Positions 50,725 to 59,674 of a stretch of DNA of 64,000 bases are shown in pieces (positions within the stretch are counted from its first letter, which is position 1; every line of letters begins with the position of its first letter). This DNA comes from Candidatus Omnitrophota bacterium. Its GTDB lineage: Bacteria; Omnitrophota; Gorgyraeia; Gygaellales; Profunditerraquicolaceae. The notes under the pieces were generated by a model. The model was not told where the DNA came from. It searched no databases and saw nothing but the letters and a program-made list of their open reading frames with translations. The stretch is taken from contig JALOQK010000008.1 of assembly GCA_025453395.1 (NCBI GenBank), forward strand, positions 938 to 64,937, in the 5' to 3' direction. Position numbers and translations under genes: made by a program.

Positions 50725-51808
50725 AGGCCTGAAAGAGAAAATCTTCCCCTATTTTATTCACCGTTACATCTTTTAATTTAAAAGCGCTCTGCACTTTTTC
50801 TATGCCTTTGCCCATGACTGAAGAGATTGCCTCTTTCCCCCCGATAATCTTGGGGCTGGTAAAAAACATGATCTTATCCACCAGCTTCTCGTCAAAAAGA
50901 GACCCCACCAATGTGCCTCCGCCCTCTACAAGAATGTTAGTTATCTGAAGCCGGGCCAATTTCTTCAAAGCATCCCTTAAATTCACCTGCCCATTCTGGG
51001 ATTCTTTAACCTCAAGAATCCTCGCCTTAGAAGAAAGATCGCCTCTGTTCTGAGTTTCTTGAGCCGGCTTAACCGGCAGAGTAACAATAATCACTTCGCT
51101 TTTCTTTTTAAAAATATTGGCACCGGGTGGAGTGCTTAACTGACTGTCCACAATAATCTTTTTTAGTTCTTTCTGGGAAAACCAGGGGTCAAGATAAGGA
51201 TTATCCCTTAATACGGTATTAACCCCCACCATGATCGCGTCAAAACCGGCCCTTTTCTGATGGGCAAAAGCGCGAGAACGGTCAGATGTAATCCATTTAG
51301 AATCTCCCGTACGCGTGGCAATCTTTCCGTCTAAAGACTGGGCGATCTTAACAGTAATAAAAGGCACATTCCTGGTAATATATTTAATGAAAACTTCATT
51401 CAATTTTCTCAATTCGTCTTCCATTACTCCAACTTCTACTTTTATCCCATTCTGCTTTAAGATTTCCACTCCCCTTGTATTATTCAATGGGTTTGGATCG
51501 ATCATCCCCACAACAACTTTCTTTATCTTGCTTCTTATGATCGCCTCAATACAAGGAGGAGTCCTGCCGTAATGCGCGCAAGGCTCTAAAGTAACATACA
51601 AACAAGCACCTTCTGCCTTGCTGCCCGCCTGCTCTAAAGCCATAACTTCAGCATGGACACTACCAGCTTTCTTATGATAACCGGTTGCGACTATTTTTCC
51701 GTGCTTTACCAAAACAGCCCCCACCATAGGATTAGGGCTAGTCTTACCCTTGCCTTTTAAAGCAAGCTTCATCGCTTGACGCATATAATACTGATTATTC
51801 TTATTCAT
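50717..51808 (-). CDS. ribD: Bifunctional deaminase/reductase RibD
   Basis: PNPMVG, HAE, LEPCAHYGRTPPC, SLDGKIA, VEGG. Confidence 0.96.
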   Translation of the reverse strand: MNKNNQYYMRQAMKLALKGKGKTSPNPMVGAVLVKHGKIVATGYHKKAGSVHAEVMALEQAGSKAEGACLYVTLEPCAHYGRTPPCIEAIIRSKIKKVVVGMIDPNPLNNTRGVEILKQNGIKVEVGVMEDELRKLNEVFIKYITRNVPFITVKIAQSLDGKIATRTGDSKWITSDRSRAFAHQKRAGFDAIMVGVNTVLRDNPYLDPWFSQKELKKIIVDSQLSTPPGANIFKKKSEVIIVTLPVKPAQETQNRGDLSSKARILEVKESQNGQVNLRDALKKLARLQITNILVEGGGTLVGSLFDEKLVDKIMFFTSPKIIGGKEAISSVMGKGIEKVQSAFKLKDVTVNKIGEDFLFQAYV

Positions 51809-52625
51809 TTATTTTCCTGGCTTGTTTTAATTTCTCTACTAACTCATAGGGGATCTTTGCCTGCCCGATTTTCACATCCGGCTTGGCTTTACCATGATAA
51901 TCAGAACCACCGGTAACTAAAAGCTTATACTTATCCGCCATCTCAAGATAATATTGCGTAAGAACAAAATTGTGCTCCGGATAATAAACTTCTAAACCCT
52001 GCAAACCGTAACCGACAAACTCTTCAATAAGCTTGTCGTTTCTTAATAGATAAGGGTGCGCCAATACCGCGATGCCTCCAAAATCCTTGATAAATTTTAT
52101 CGCCTCAATAATAGTAAAACGAAAACCACAGACATAGGCCGGGCCATTATCTCCGATATATTTCTGAAACGCCTCTTGGGTTGTCTTGATCAAGCCCTTT
52201 GCAAACATCGCCCGCGCGACATGCAATCTGCCTACTGTGCCCTCACCGCCAATATCAAAGACATCTTTAGGATCTAAATCCACTCCTATATTCTTTAGCT
52301 TAGAGCAGATTTTATATACGCGTTCTTGGCGGATAGTCTTCAAGGATTCGAGTTTATCTTGAAAACTTTTCGATAAATAATCAATAAAATAACCCAACAA
52401 ATGAACCTCTATCCCGCCATGATCAACGCTAAGCTCTATCCCCGGGATAACTTCCAAGCCCTGCTGTTGGGCGTAAAAGCTGGCGGCAAGCAATCCCGAA
52501 ACAGTATCATGGTCAGTAATCGAAATAGCCGCGAGATTTGTCTTTTTTACTTTAGCAATAAGCTGTTCGGGCTCAACTGTGCCATCGGAAAAAGTAGTAT
52601 GCAGATGCAGATCGGCAAAACTCAT
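51801..52625 (-). CDS. PHP-domain phosphoesterase (YciV/TrpH-like)
   Basis: DLHLHTTFSDG, ITDHD, HLLGY, LAHP, GGSDYHG. Confidence 0.9.
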   Translation of the reverse strand: MSFADLHLHTTFSDGTVEPEQLIAKVKKTNLAAISITDHDTVSGLLAASFYAQQQGLEVIPGIELSVDHGGIEVHLLGYFIDYLSKSFQDKLESLKTIRQERVYKICSKLKNIGVDLDPKDVFDIGGEGTVGRLHVARAMFAKGLIKTTQEAFQKYIGDNGPAYVCGFRFTIIEAIKFIKDFGGIAVLAHPYLLRNDKLIEEFVGYGLQGLEVYYPEHNFVLTQYYLEMADKYKLLVTGGSDYHGKAKPDVKIGQAKIPYELVEKLKQARKINE

Positions 52626-53047
52626 AAATCCTTGATGTGTTTTTGTTTTTCCTGCTTGATTTTATCAACAATGCCGTTTACAAACTTTCCGGATTCAGGC
52701 GCGGAGAATTTCTTGGCTAAATCCACAGCTTCATTGATAGCAACCTTAGGCGGAATATCATCGCAAAACATCAATTCATAGCAGCTCAAGCGCAGGACGT
52801 TCCTATCCACCACCGCCATTCTATCCAGCCTCCAGTTAGTGGCATATTGCGAAATGATCTTATCAAGAGCTTCCTTATGGTCAAGCACGCCCTGAACTAA
52901 CTGATTAGCAAAACTCTGCGAAACCTGCTCTACATCTTCACGGCTAGACCAGAAGTCAGGCATAGTCTTATCATCAAACTGGCCTGTTATGTCAATCTGA
53001 TATAAAATCTGCAGAGCGCATTCCCGCGCTAATGTGCGTTTACGCAT
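52622..53047 (-). CDS. nusB: Transcription antitermination factor NusB
   Basis: RKRTLARE, DRNVLRL, VAINEAVDLAK, FVNG. Confidence 0.95.
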   Translation of the reverse strand: MRKRTLARECALQILYQIDITGQFDDKTMPDFWSSREDVEQVSQSFANQLVQGVLDHKEALDKIISQYATNWRLDRMAVVDRNVLRLSCYELMFCDDIPPKVAINEAVDLAKKFSAPESGKFVNGIVDKIKQEKQKHIKDL

Positions 53048-53049
53048 TT

Positions 53050-53514
53050 TTAGATTTTCTCCATGATGTTTGCCATCTCTATAGCGCTTATGGCAGCGTC
53101 TTTACCTTTATTGCCGTCTTTGGTGCCAGCGCGTTCAATAGCCTGTTCAATTGTATCAGCGGTAATCACCCCAAAAATAACCGGCAAACCTGCATCTAAA
53201 GAAACCTTGGCTGTGCCTTTTGAAACTTCCGCAGCCACATAATCGAAATGCGGAGTAGAACCGCGTATTACTGTGCCTAAACAGATAAGCGCGTCGTAGG
53301 TTTTAGATTCAGCCATTTTTGATGCTACTAAAGGCAACTCAAATGCCCCCGGCGCCCAAACCAATGTTATATCTTTCTCGTCAGCTCCATGCCTTACCAA
53401 AGTATCAATACAGCCAGCAACCAATTGCTTAGTCACAAAATCATTAAACCGCGAAGCAATGAGCGCGAATTTCTTTTGTTTTGCGATTAAGTTTCCCTCT
53501 ATTGTTTTTACCAT
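53050..53514 (-). CDS. ribH: Lumazine synthase
   Basis: [29 protein letters not shown]. Confidence 0.97.
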   Translation of the reverse strand: MVKTIEGNLIAKQKKFALIASRFNDFVTKQLVAGCIDTLVRHGADEKDITLVWAPGAFELPLVASKMAESKTYDALICLGTVIRGSTPHFDYVAAEVSKGTAKVSLDAGLPVIFGVITADTIEQAIERAGTKDGNKGKDAAISAIEMANIMEKI

Positions 53515-53550
53515 GTTTCCTCCTTTTTTTTATCAACTAAATATATAATC

Positions 53551-53685
53551 CCAATAACCAATGACCAAATCTCAATCACCAAATAAATTCCAATAATCAA
53601 TAACCAATTTACCAAACAGGTTTGGTAAATTGGGCAATTGGTAATTGGTTATTGTTTGATTATTGGTGCTTGATAATTGGTTATT
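53551..53685. repeat. Heptamer-periodic inverted-arm element, family C
   Basis: ACCAATA-type left arm and TATTGGT-type right arm; perfect central stem CCAATTTACCAAAC-AG-GTTTGGTAAATTGG (53604-53633). Confidence 0.85.
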
Positions 53686-53719
53686 AATCATATGAACTAT
53701 TGATATTTATGCCCACTAT

Positions 53720-54931
53720 TCACCTTATATCTAAATGATGACCCATCTTCTCTTTTTTAGTCTTAAGATACCTGTAATTAACATTGTTAGGCTCTATCTC
53801 TATGGGAAGCCGCTCAACAACTTTAAGCCCATACCCTTCAAGCCCTACTATCTTGCGTGGATTATTGGTCATAAGACGGATATTCTTTATTCCTAAATCC
53901 ACCAAAATCTGCGCCCCAATGCCATAGTCGCGTAAGTCCGGCTTAAAACCTAAAGCCTGATTTGCCTCTACTGTATCAAGGCCTTTATCCTGAAGCGCGT
54001 AGGCGCGGATTTTCTCTACCAAACCAATGCCTCTGCCCTCCTGATTCATGTATAAGATGACACCTTTTTTCTCTTTTTCAATAAGCTGCATGGCTTTTTT
54101 AAGCTGCCTGCCGCAGTCACAACGTAAAGATGAAAAAACATCCCCGGTTAAACATTCTGAATGCACCCTGACTAAAACATTTTCATTGCCAAATTCACCC
54201 ATAGCCAAGACTGTATGCACCTGATTATTCACCAAATCTTTATACAGAATAAGCTTATAAGTACCGTATTCGGTTGGGACATCTGTTTCTGCAACCCGCT
54301 TAATTAATTTTTCATAACGCCTGCGGTACTGAATTAAATCTGCGATGGAACATATTCTTAGGTTATGCCTAGAGGCAAATTCCTTCAACTGAGGCAATCT
54401 TGCCATAGTGCCGTCTTCATTCATGATCTCGCAAATAACCCCGGCCGGATACAAGCCAGCGAGTTTAGCTAAATCCACGCAAGCTTCAGTATGGCCAGAA
54501 CGCACCAAGACCCCGCCCTTCTGCGCCCTTAAGGGAAACAAATGGCCCGGACGGATCAAATCTTCCGGCAAAGACTGCGGATTAATCAACACTTCTATTG
54601 TATGTGCGCGGTCATGCGCTGAAATGCCAGTGGCAATCCCTCTGGAAGCATCCACAGAAACCATCCAAGCGGTAGAAAATTTGTCTTTGTGGAAAGAAAT
54701 GTTTTTATCCATAAACATAGGCCCTAAATTAAGCGCGCTAAGCCTTTCTTCTTCCATGGGCACGCAAATAAGGCCTCTGCCGAATTTAGCCATAAAATTA
54801 ATGTGTTCGGCCTTAACAAAAGAGGCAGCCATCAAAAGGTCGCCTTCGTTCTCGCGGGATTCATCATCCACGACTACGACCATTTTGCCGTTTTTTAAGT
54901 CTTCTAAGATTTCTGGAATTGAGTTAAACAT
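53720..54931 (-). CDS. ribBA: Bifunctional DHBP synthase/GTP cyclohydrolase II
   Basis: [41 protein letters not shown]. Confidence 0.97.
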   Translation of the reverse strand: MFNSIPEILEDLKNGKMVVVVDDESRENEGDLLMAASFVKAEHINFMAKFGRGLICVPMEEERLSALNLGPMFMDKNISFHKDKFSTAWMVSVDASRGIATGISAHDRAHTIEVLINPQSLPEDLIRPGHLFPLRAQKGGVLVRSGHTEACVDLAKLAGLYPAGVICEIMNEDGTMARLPQLKEFASRHNLRICSIADLIQYRRRYEKLIKRVAETDVPTEYGTYKLILYKDLVNNQVHTVLAMGEFGNENVLVRVHSECLTGDVFSSLRCDCGRQLKKAMQLIEKEKKGVILYMNQEGRGIGLVEKIRAYALQDKGLDTVEANQALGFKPDLRDYGIGAQILVDLGIKNIRLMTNNPRKIVGLEGYGLKVVERLPIEIEPNNVNYRYLKTKKEKMGHHLDIR

Positions 54932-54975
54932 AGTTTAGCTGGATATAGTCTAATTTTTTTACATTGTTTCTGATT

Positions 54976-55019
54976 ATACCCGGCGCAACTTGATGCGCCG
55001 GTATGTTGTCTTCTACAAC
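54976..55019 (-). repeat. Two-hairpin mini-element copy downstream of the riboswitch terminator
   Basis: Minus strand GTTGT-AGAAG-ACAAC | ATACC-GGCGC-ATCAAGTT-GCGCC-G-GGTAT. Confidence 0.8.
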
Positions 55020-55048
55020 AAAAGGCCCGAAGAACATTCTCTTCGGGC
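55020..55048 (-). terminator. FMN riboswitch expression-platform terminator
   Basis: GCCCGAAGA-GAATGT-TCTTCGGGC followed by CTTTT. The 5' arm can alternatively pair with TCTTCAGGGC at the aptamer 5' end (antiterminator). Confidence 0.8.
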
Positions 55049-55090
55049 GAATAGATATTACTATTAATCATCTTCTCTCATCTGGACTTT

Positions 55091-55196
55091 GCGCAGATAG
55101 CGCACGCCGATCCTTAAAATAGGATCGGGCGACGCCTACTATGCGTGCCTGGCTACCCCCAATTCAATTTGATGAATTGGGGTGCCTTTTCTAGGC
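55091..55196. repeat. Two tail-to-tail two-hairpin elements inserted in riboswitch loop L6
   Basis: 55091-55132 (+): GCGC-AGATA-GCGC | ACGCC-GATCC-TTAAAATA-GGATC-G-GGCGA. 55155-55196 (-): GCCT-AGAAA-AGGC | ACCCC-AATTC-ATCAAATT-GAATT-G-GGGGT. Confidence 0.8.
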
Positions 55197-55251
55197 TACC
55201 ATCGGTACTGGAATTACACCAGTTCATGCCTGTTTAAGGCTTGCGGACTGT

Positions 55252-55338
55252 TACACCCGGCGCAATTTGATGCGCCGGTGTGCGCTTGCCTAAGCTACAC
55301 CCGGCGCAATTTGATGCGCCGGTGTGCGCTTGCTGCGC
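55252..55338 (-). repeat. Tandem two-hairpin elements inserted in riboswitch loop L3
   Basis: Exact 38-bp direct repeat at 55252-55289 and 55296-55333; unit GCGC-AGCAA-GCGC | ACACC-GGCGC-ATCAAATT-GCGCC-G-GGTGT. Confidence 0.88.
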
Positions 55339-55382
55339 TACCGCCGGTCGGGAATTTCACCCTGCCCTGAAGATTAAGCTTT

Positions 55383-55432
55383 ATTATATAGGTAAAAGTA
55401 TCCTTGTCAATATATTTAATCAAAGGTATAAT
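55383..55432. promoter_or_regulatory. Divergent sigma70 promoters with overlapping -35 boxes
   Basis: Minus strand: TTGACA(55410-55405)-N16-TATAAT(55388-55383), just upstream of the riboswitch. Plus strand: TTGTCA(55404-55409)-N17-TATAAT(55427-55432), upstream of cinA. Confidence 0.72.
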
Positions 55433-55440
55433 GTTATATT

Positions 55441-55905
55441 ATGGAAACCATTGCCAAACAAATACATACGCTGCTGATTAAGAATAAAAAGACTGTTGCT
55501 GTGGCTGAATCCTGCACTGGAGGATACACCTGCATGCTTCTCACTCAATTTCCAGGCAGTTCTGCTTATTTCTTAGCTGGGATAGTAGCCTATCACAATA
55601 GCTCTAAAACAAAACTATTGGGTATTTCCAAAGAGATCTTAAAAAAACACGGGGCGGTAAGCGCCATTGTAGCAAGAAAAATGGCTGAGCATATCCGTAA
55701 AACTACCGGCGCAAACTTAAGCATCGGAATAACCGGCATTGCCGGCCCATCTGGAGCAACAAAAAATAAACCCATAGGAACAGTATTTATCGGCTTGTCA
55801 GGAAAAAGGCAAATTGTTAAAAGATTTCTATTGCGCGGCACAAGAATGGATATACAGAAAAAAACTGCTTTAAAAGCCTTGCAACTATTAAAAAAAATAA
55901 TATGA
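55441..55905 (+). CDS. CinA C-terminal domain protein (NMN deamidase PncC-like)
   Basis: AESCTGG, PGSSAYF, GAVS, ITGIAGPSG, KPIGTVFI. Confidence 0.92.
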   Translation: METIAKQIHTLLIKNKKTVAVAESCTGGYTCMLLTQFPGSSAYFLAGIVAYHNSSKTKLLGISKEILKKHGAVSAIVARKMAEHIRKTTGANLSIGITGIAGPSGATKNKPIGTVFIGLSGKRQIVKRFLLRGTRMDIQKKTALKALQLLKKII

Positions 55906-56474
55906 GGGCCTTTATCGCTATAGAACTTGACCTTGCAGCAAAGAAAAAAATATCTTCCCTGCAGCAAGAACTAAAAAACCTGTCTTGCGATGTAAAGTGG
56001 GTTGATAGCGACAACCTGCATTTAACCTTAAAGTTTCTTGGGCAGGTCCCAGAAGAACAAACAGATCAAATCTGTTCTGTGCTGGAGAAGATGGCAAAAG
56101 AAAAAACGCCCTACTCTATTGCCCTTGATTGCATAGGAGCATTTCCAAACCCCAGAAACCCTAAAGTAATCTGGGTGGGAACTAGAAAGCAAAATCAACA
56201 AACACAGAATATATTCAATCAAATAGAAGAGGATTTAAGCCATCTGGGGATACCGAGAGAGGAAAAAGATTTCTCTTGCCACATAACTCTGGGCAGATCA
56301 AGAAATACGCTTAAATGCCAAAGGATTGCCTCAGGCGTAGAGAAACTGGATAAGAAAATACTTGAAAACCCTATTGAATTTACAGTGCAGAAAATAACTC
56401 TTTTTGAAAGCAAGCTCTCAAAGGAGGGGCCGGCTTACCGACAGCTTAAAGCAGCCCACCTTAAAACTGCCTGA
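55902..56474 (+). CDS. thpR: RNA 2',3'-cyclic phosphodiesterase (2H family)
   Basis: MRAFIAI, HLTLKFLG and HITLGR HxT motifs, GAFP..RNPKVIW. Confidence 0.93.
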   Translation: MRAFIAIELDLAAKKKISSLQQELKNLSCDVKWVDSDNLHLTLKFLGQVPEEQTDQICSVLEKMAKEKTPYSIALDCIGAFPNPRNPKVIWVGTRKQNQQTQNIFNQIEEDLSHLGIPREEKDFSCHITLGRSRNTLKCQRIASGVEKLDKKILENPIEFTVQKITLFESKLSKEGPAYRQLKAAHLKTA

Positions 56475-56911
56475 AGAATCATATTAGTGTAAAAGGCGGC
56501 CACTAAATCATCCGCCACAATCCCCCATCCTGCTTTTGCCGACTGAACAAGATACCCCGGATAGGGCTTAATAGTATCCATGGCCCTGAACAAAATAAAA
56601 GCCATCAGGATTACTTTTACGCTGTAACACGGCAGCAAAGCTAACGCAAGAAGCATCCCAAGGACTTCATCTATCACAACTGCCCCGGGGTCTTTCTTAT
56701 GGAAAAGCCTCTCCGCGCTTTTCCCTAGAGCTACTCCTAAAACAGCTAACAATAAAACCAAAGAAAAATATATGGCCGGGCTTGATTTAACCAATAAAAA
56801 CAAAAATATCCCCGCGATACTGGCGAATGTCCCTGGAGCTGCCGGAAGATAACCAATATAAAAGAATGTAACAATAACCTCAACCAATTTATTTTTAAAG
56901 CGCATTTGCAT
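56435..56911 (-). CDS. pgpA: Phosphatidylglycerophosphatase A
   Basis: APGTFAS, DPGAVVIDEVLG, FRAMDTIKP, GIVADDLVA. Confidence 0.93.
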   Translation of the reverse strand: MQMRFKNKLVEVIVTFFYIGYLPAAPGTFASIAGIFLFLLVKSSPAIYFSLVLLLAVLGVALGKSAERLFHKKDPGAVVIDEVLGMLLALALLPCYSVKVILMAFILFRAMDTIKPYPGYLVQSAKAGWGIVADDLVAAFYTNMILQAVLRWAALSCR

Positions 56912-56927
56912 GTTCTTAATCTTATTG

Positions 56928-57057
56928 GATAGAATGAGTAGTTAGTATGGGTAGCAAGGTTAGGATGAGAATTAGAATGAGGGAAATATTCTTAATAATT
57001 CCCCGCAACCCACCCCCATCCCCGACTCACAACTCAGAACTCAGAACTCATCCTATC
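56928..57057. repeat. Heptamer-periodic inverted-arm element, family D
   Basis: Terminal inverted repeats GATAGAATGAGT / ACTCATCCTATC (11/12 match); AACTCAG units; purine-rich left arm and C-rich right arm. Confidence 0.72.
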
Positions 57058-57058
57058 T

Positions 57059-57637
57059 TTAAAGCTTAGTAATAATCTTACGATTCTTCCAGAAATAAGA
57101 AAAACCCGAATAGAGTGTCATGCCCACGGTAATAAACATTAAGATATTTATCCCCTGACGGAAGAATTGTTCCCAACCCGGGCTCCAGTTAAAATATTCT
57201 AACATTGTTTCCTTAAGCACGATAAACCCTAAGATAAGAAGGATCGCCGCCATTTGGGAGACTGTTTTATGTTTTCCGGAACGGCTGGCTGAAAGGACTT
57301 TTCCTTTATTAAGCGCAAACAGCCTTAATGATGTTACCAGCAACTCACGTGATATAATAAACACAAACATCCACGCATCAATCAATTGCATCTGCACGAA
57401 TACCGCGAAAGCTGAAATCACAAGGATCTTATCTGCAATAGGGTCCATAAGCTTGCCGAAATCCGTGACCATGTTCCTTTTATGGGCGATCCTGCCGTCA
57501 AAATAATCTGAAATAGCCGCCAAGATAAATACTGCCAAGGCTATGATCTTTGCCCAAAGCCCGTGCACAAACAAAAAGAACATGAACACAAACGATAAAA
57601 TAATCCTTAACACAGTCAAACGATTAGCTAAATTCAT
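57059..57637 (-). CDS. pgsA: CDP-diacylglycerol--glycerol-3-phosphate 3-phosphatidyltransferase
   Basis: NLANRLT, DYFDGRIA, FGKLMDPIADK, SRE. Confidence 0.95.
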   Translation of the reverse strand: MNLANRLTVLRIILSFVFMFFLFVHGLWAKIIALAVFILAAISDYFDGRIAHKRNMVTDFGKLMDPIADKILVISAFAVFVQMQLIDAWMFVFIISRELLVTSLRLFALNKGKVLSASRSGKHKTVSQMAAILLILGFIVLKETMLEYFNWSPGWEQFFRQGINILMFITVGMTLYSGFSYFWKNRKIITKL

Positions 57638-58890
57638 CAGATTGCCTCTCCTACCAAGTCGTATTCCATGGTATCTGTAATCTTAACTCTTACTAAATCG
57701 CCCGCCAAGAGTTTTCTCTTGAACTTTACAAAAACGTTTCCGTCAACTTCCGGAGCATCATGCTGGCTTCTGCCGATATAAACGCCATTTTCTTCTTCTT
57801 CAATAAGCACATCAACAACCTGCCCCATCATGCGCAGATTAACACCAGTGGATATCTGCTGCTGTAGTTGCATAATCTGATCAAAACGCTCCTGTTTAAC
57901 TTTCTCAGGGACCTGATTCTTCATTTTAAATGCCGGGGTGCCTTCTTCCGGAGAATAAATAAAAACCCCCAGCCTTTCAAATTTAACTTCTTTAACAAAA
58001 TTCAAAAGCTGTTTAAAATCTCTATCCGTCTCTTGAGGAAAACCCACGATAAAAGCTGTCCTGATAGCTGCCTGCGGGATTTTTCCCCTTATTGCGCCAA
58101 TTATCTGGCGAATATTATTTTGTGAAACACTCCTGCGCATCAACTTCAGGATGCGATCTGAAATATGCTGCAACGGCAGATCTATATACTTAAGAAGCCG
58201 CCTGTTATAACGCATAATCTCAAGCAGATCATTAATAACTTTGATGTCCGGATAAAGATATAACAAACGTACCCAATCAATATTCCGGGTATTTTCTAGT
58301 ATCTTCTTTACAAGCAAAGATAACCTGCTTTGCCCGTATAGGTCGCGCCCGTAAGAACTTATATCCTGCCCAATGATATTAAGTTCACGCACACCCTGTT
58401 TATCAAAGAGCTTTGCCTGTTTTATTAAGGTTTCAAGGGGTAAACTTTTTAAGCGGCCCTTGATCTTTGGGATGATACAAAAGCTGCAGCTGTTGAAACA
58501 CCCCTCGCAAATCTTTAAATACGCCAGATGATTAGCTGTCAGCGGATACCTTTTATTTTGGGCGGACAAATCAAAACTGCCGATAAAGGCATCAACCTCG
58601 GGTAACTCTTTTTGCAACTTTTCTTTATACCTTTGCGCCAAGCAACCGCAGACGATAATCTTCTTAATTTTCCCGGACTTTTTAAGCTGGATCAAATCAA
58701 GTATTACGTCAATGGACTGCTTCTTGGCATCATTTATAAAAGAACAGGTATTAACTATCCCCGTGTCTGCTTTATCAATATCAACTATTTTATAGCCCTT
58801 ACGGTCAAGCTGGCCAAGCAATAGCTCTGAATCTACTAAGTTGCGCGCACAGCCTAAACTTATGATGCCGATCTTCTTCTCTGGCAGCAT
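57637..58890 (-). CDS. rimO: Ribosomal protein S12 methylthiotransferase
   Basis: SLGCARNLVDSE, NTCSFI, EGCFNSCSFC, DAPEVDG, TRAM domain. Confidence 0.93.
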   Translation of the reverse strand: MLPEKKIGIISLGCARNLVDSELLLGQLDRKGYKIVDIDKADTGIVNTCSFINDAKKQSIDVILDLIQLKKSGKIKKIIVCGCLAQRYKEKLQKELPEVDAFIGSFDLSAQNKRYPLTANHLAYLKICEGCFNSCSFCIIPKIKGRLKSLPLETLIKQAKLFDKQGVRELNIIGQDISSYGRDLYGQSRLSLLVKKILENTRNIDWVRLLYLYPDIKVINDLLEIMRYNRRLLKYIDLPLQHISDRILKLMRRSVSQNNIRQIIGAIRGKIPQAAIRTAFIVGFPQETDRDFKQLLNFVKEVKFERLGVFIYSPEEGTPAFKMKNQVPEKVKQERFDQIMQLQQQISTGVNLRMMGQVVDVLIEEEENGVYIGRSQHDAPEVDGNVFVKFKRKLLAGDLVRVKITDTMEYDLVGEAI

Positions 58891-58891
58891 G

Positions 58892-59674
58892 CTATTTTAT
58901 TTGCAGGCCCTGCTTTGTAACAAGAATATTATTTACCGCCTGATTTTTTCTGCCCAGAGAAGAAATCATCTTGCCATTTATCTCTATATCCACGCAAGAG
59001 GCGTCACTTAAGGAAAATTCAATTTTTTCTTTGGCAACCCAAGTTTCAAATCTTCCTTTCTTAAGAATACTCTGAAACATAACTTTACCGTCGCTTCTTA
59101 ATTTAATATAACAATTTTCCCGGGCGCGAATACTTAAACGGATAAGATCATCTATCACAATCGGGGCTGGCGCAGACCTGACAGAAGCGGGAGAATTCCT
59201 CTGCTTCGGGGCAAACTGCCGGCTATGAGATACTGCTTTAGAGCGCAAAAAATAGGAAGCCTTTTTAATCAAGCGCGCGGCTATAAAAACAACCAACACA
59301 ATAACAAGAATAAACACAAAGTTTCTGGCGTTACGCCTAACAAAAACAATAACCGGAGATTTTAACAGATTAAAAGAACTTTTCTTCTGCGGAATATGCG
59401 CCTTAATATTCTGTTGATGCTCTTCTTGGACATGCATTTTGCCCGCAACGATCTTGGATTCCGGAACAAATTCCTTATAGTCCTGGCCTAAAGATTGGGC
59501 GTATATCTTTAAGAAACCTTTTAGGTAAATGGGGTCAACGCTTACAAAATTATCTTCTTCAATCGAACGCAGAATATTAAGGTGGATTTTAGTTTTTTTA
59601 TGGACATCTTCTAAGGTTAACCCCTTAGAAAGCCTTATTTCTTTTAGCCTGTTTCCTATGCCCTGATTATCCAT
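58892..59674 (-). CDS. rodZ: RodZ-like protein (HTH, TM segment, DUF4115)
   Basis: GNRLKEIR...GFLKIYA HTH, TM segment, beta-rich C-terminus; ftsK-rodZ-rimO-pgsA synteny. Start placed at the second Met. Confidence 0.82.
   Translation of the reverse strand: MDNQGIGNRLKEIRLSKGLTLEDVHKKTKIHLNILRSIEEDNFVSVDPIYLKGFLKIYAQSLGQDYKEFVPESKIVAGKMHVQEEHQQNIKAHIPQKKSSFNLLKSPVIVFVRRNARNFVFILVIVLVVFIAARLIKKASYFLRSKAVSHSRQFAPKQRNSPASVRSAPAPIVIDDLIRLSIRARENCYIKLRSDGKVMFQSILKKGRFETWVAKEKIEFSLSDASCVDIEINGKMISSLGRKNQAVNNILVTKQGLQIK

Larger units (their letters stand above)
55070..55375 (-). ncRNA. FMN (RFN) riboswitch with two large hairpin insertions
   Basis: ATCTTCAGGGCAGGGTGAAATTCCCGACCGGCGGT...AGTCCGC...GAACTGGTGTAATTCCAGTACCGATGGT...AAAGTCCAGATGAGAGAAGAT, upstream of ribBA. 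Confidence 0.92.

Noticed and set aside
55252-55333. 38-bp direct repeats as a mini CRISPR array
   Set aside because: Only two copies with a 6-nt spacer, located inside a riboswitch loop, and no cas genes nearby.
55182-55477. Plus-strand ORFs containing the repeated peptide LHPAQFDAPVCAC
   Set aside because: They are antisense translations of the riboswitch and its duplicated element, with no RBS or recognisable protein family.
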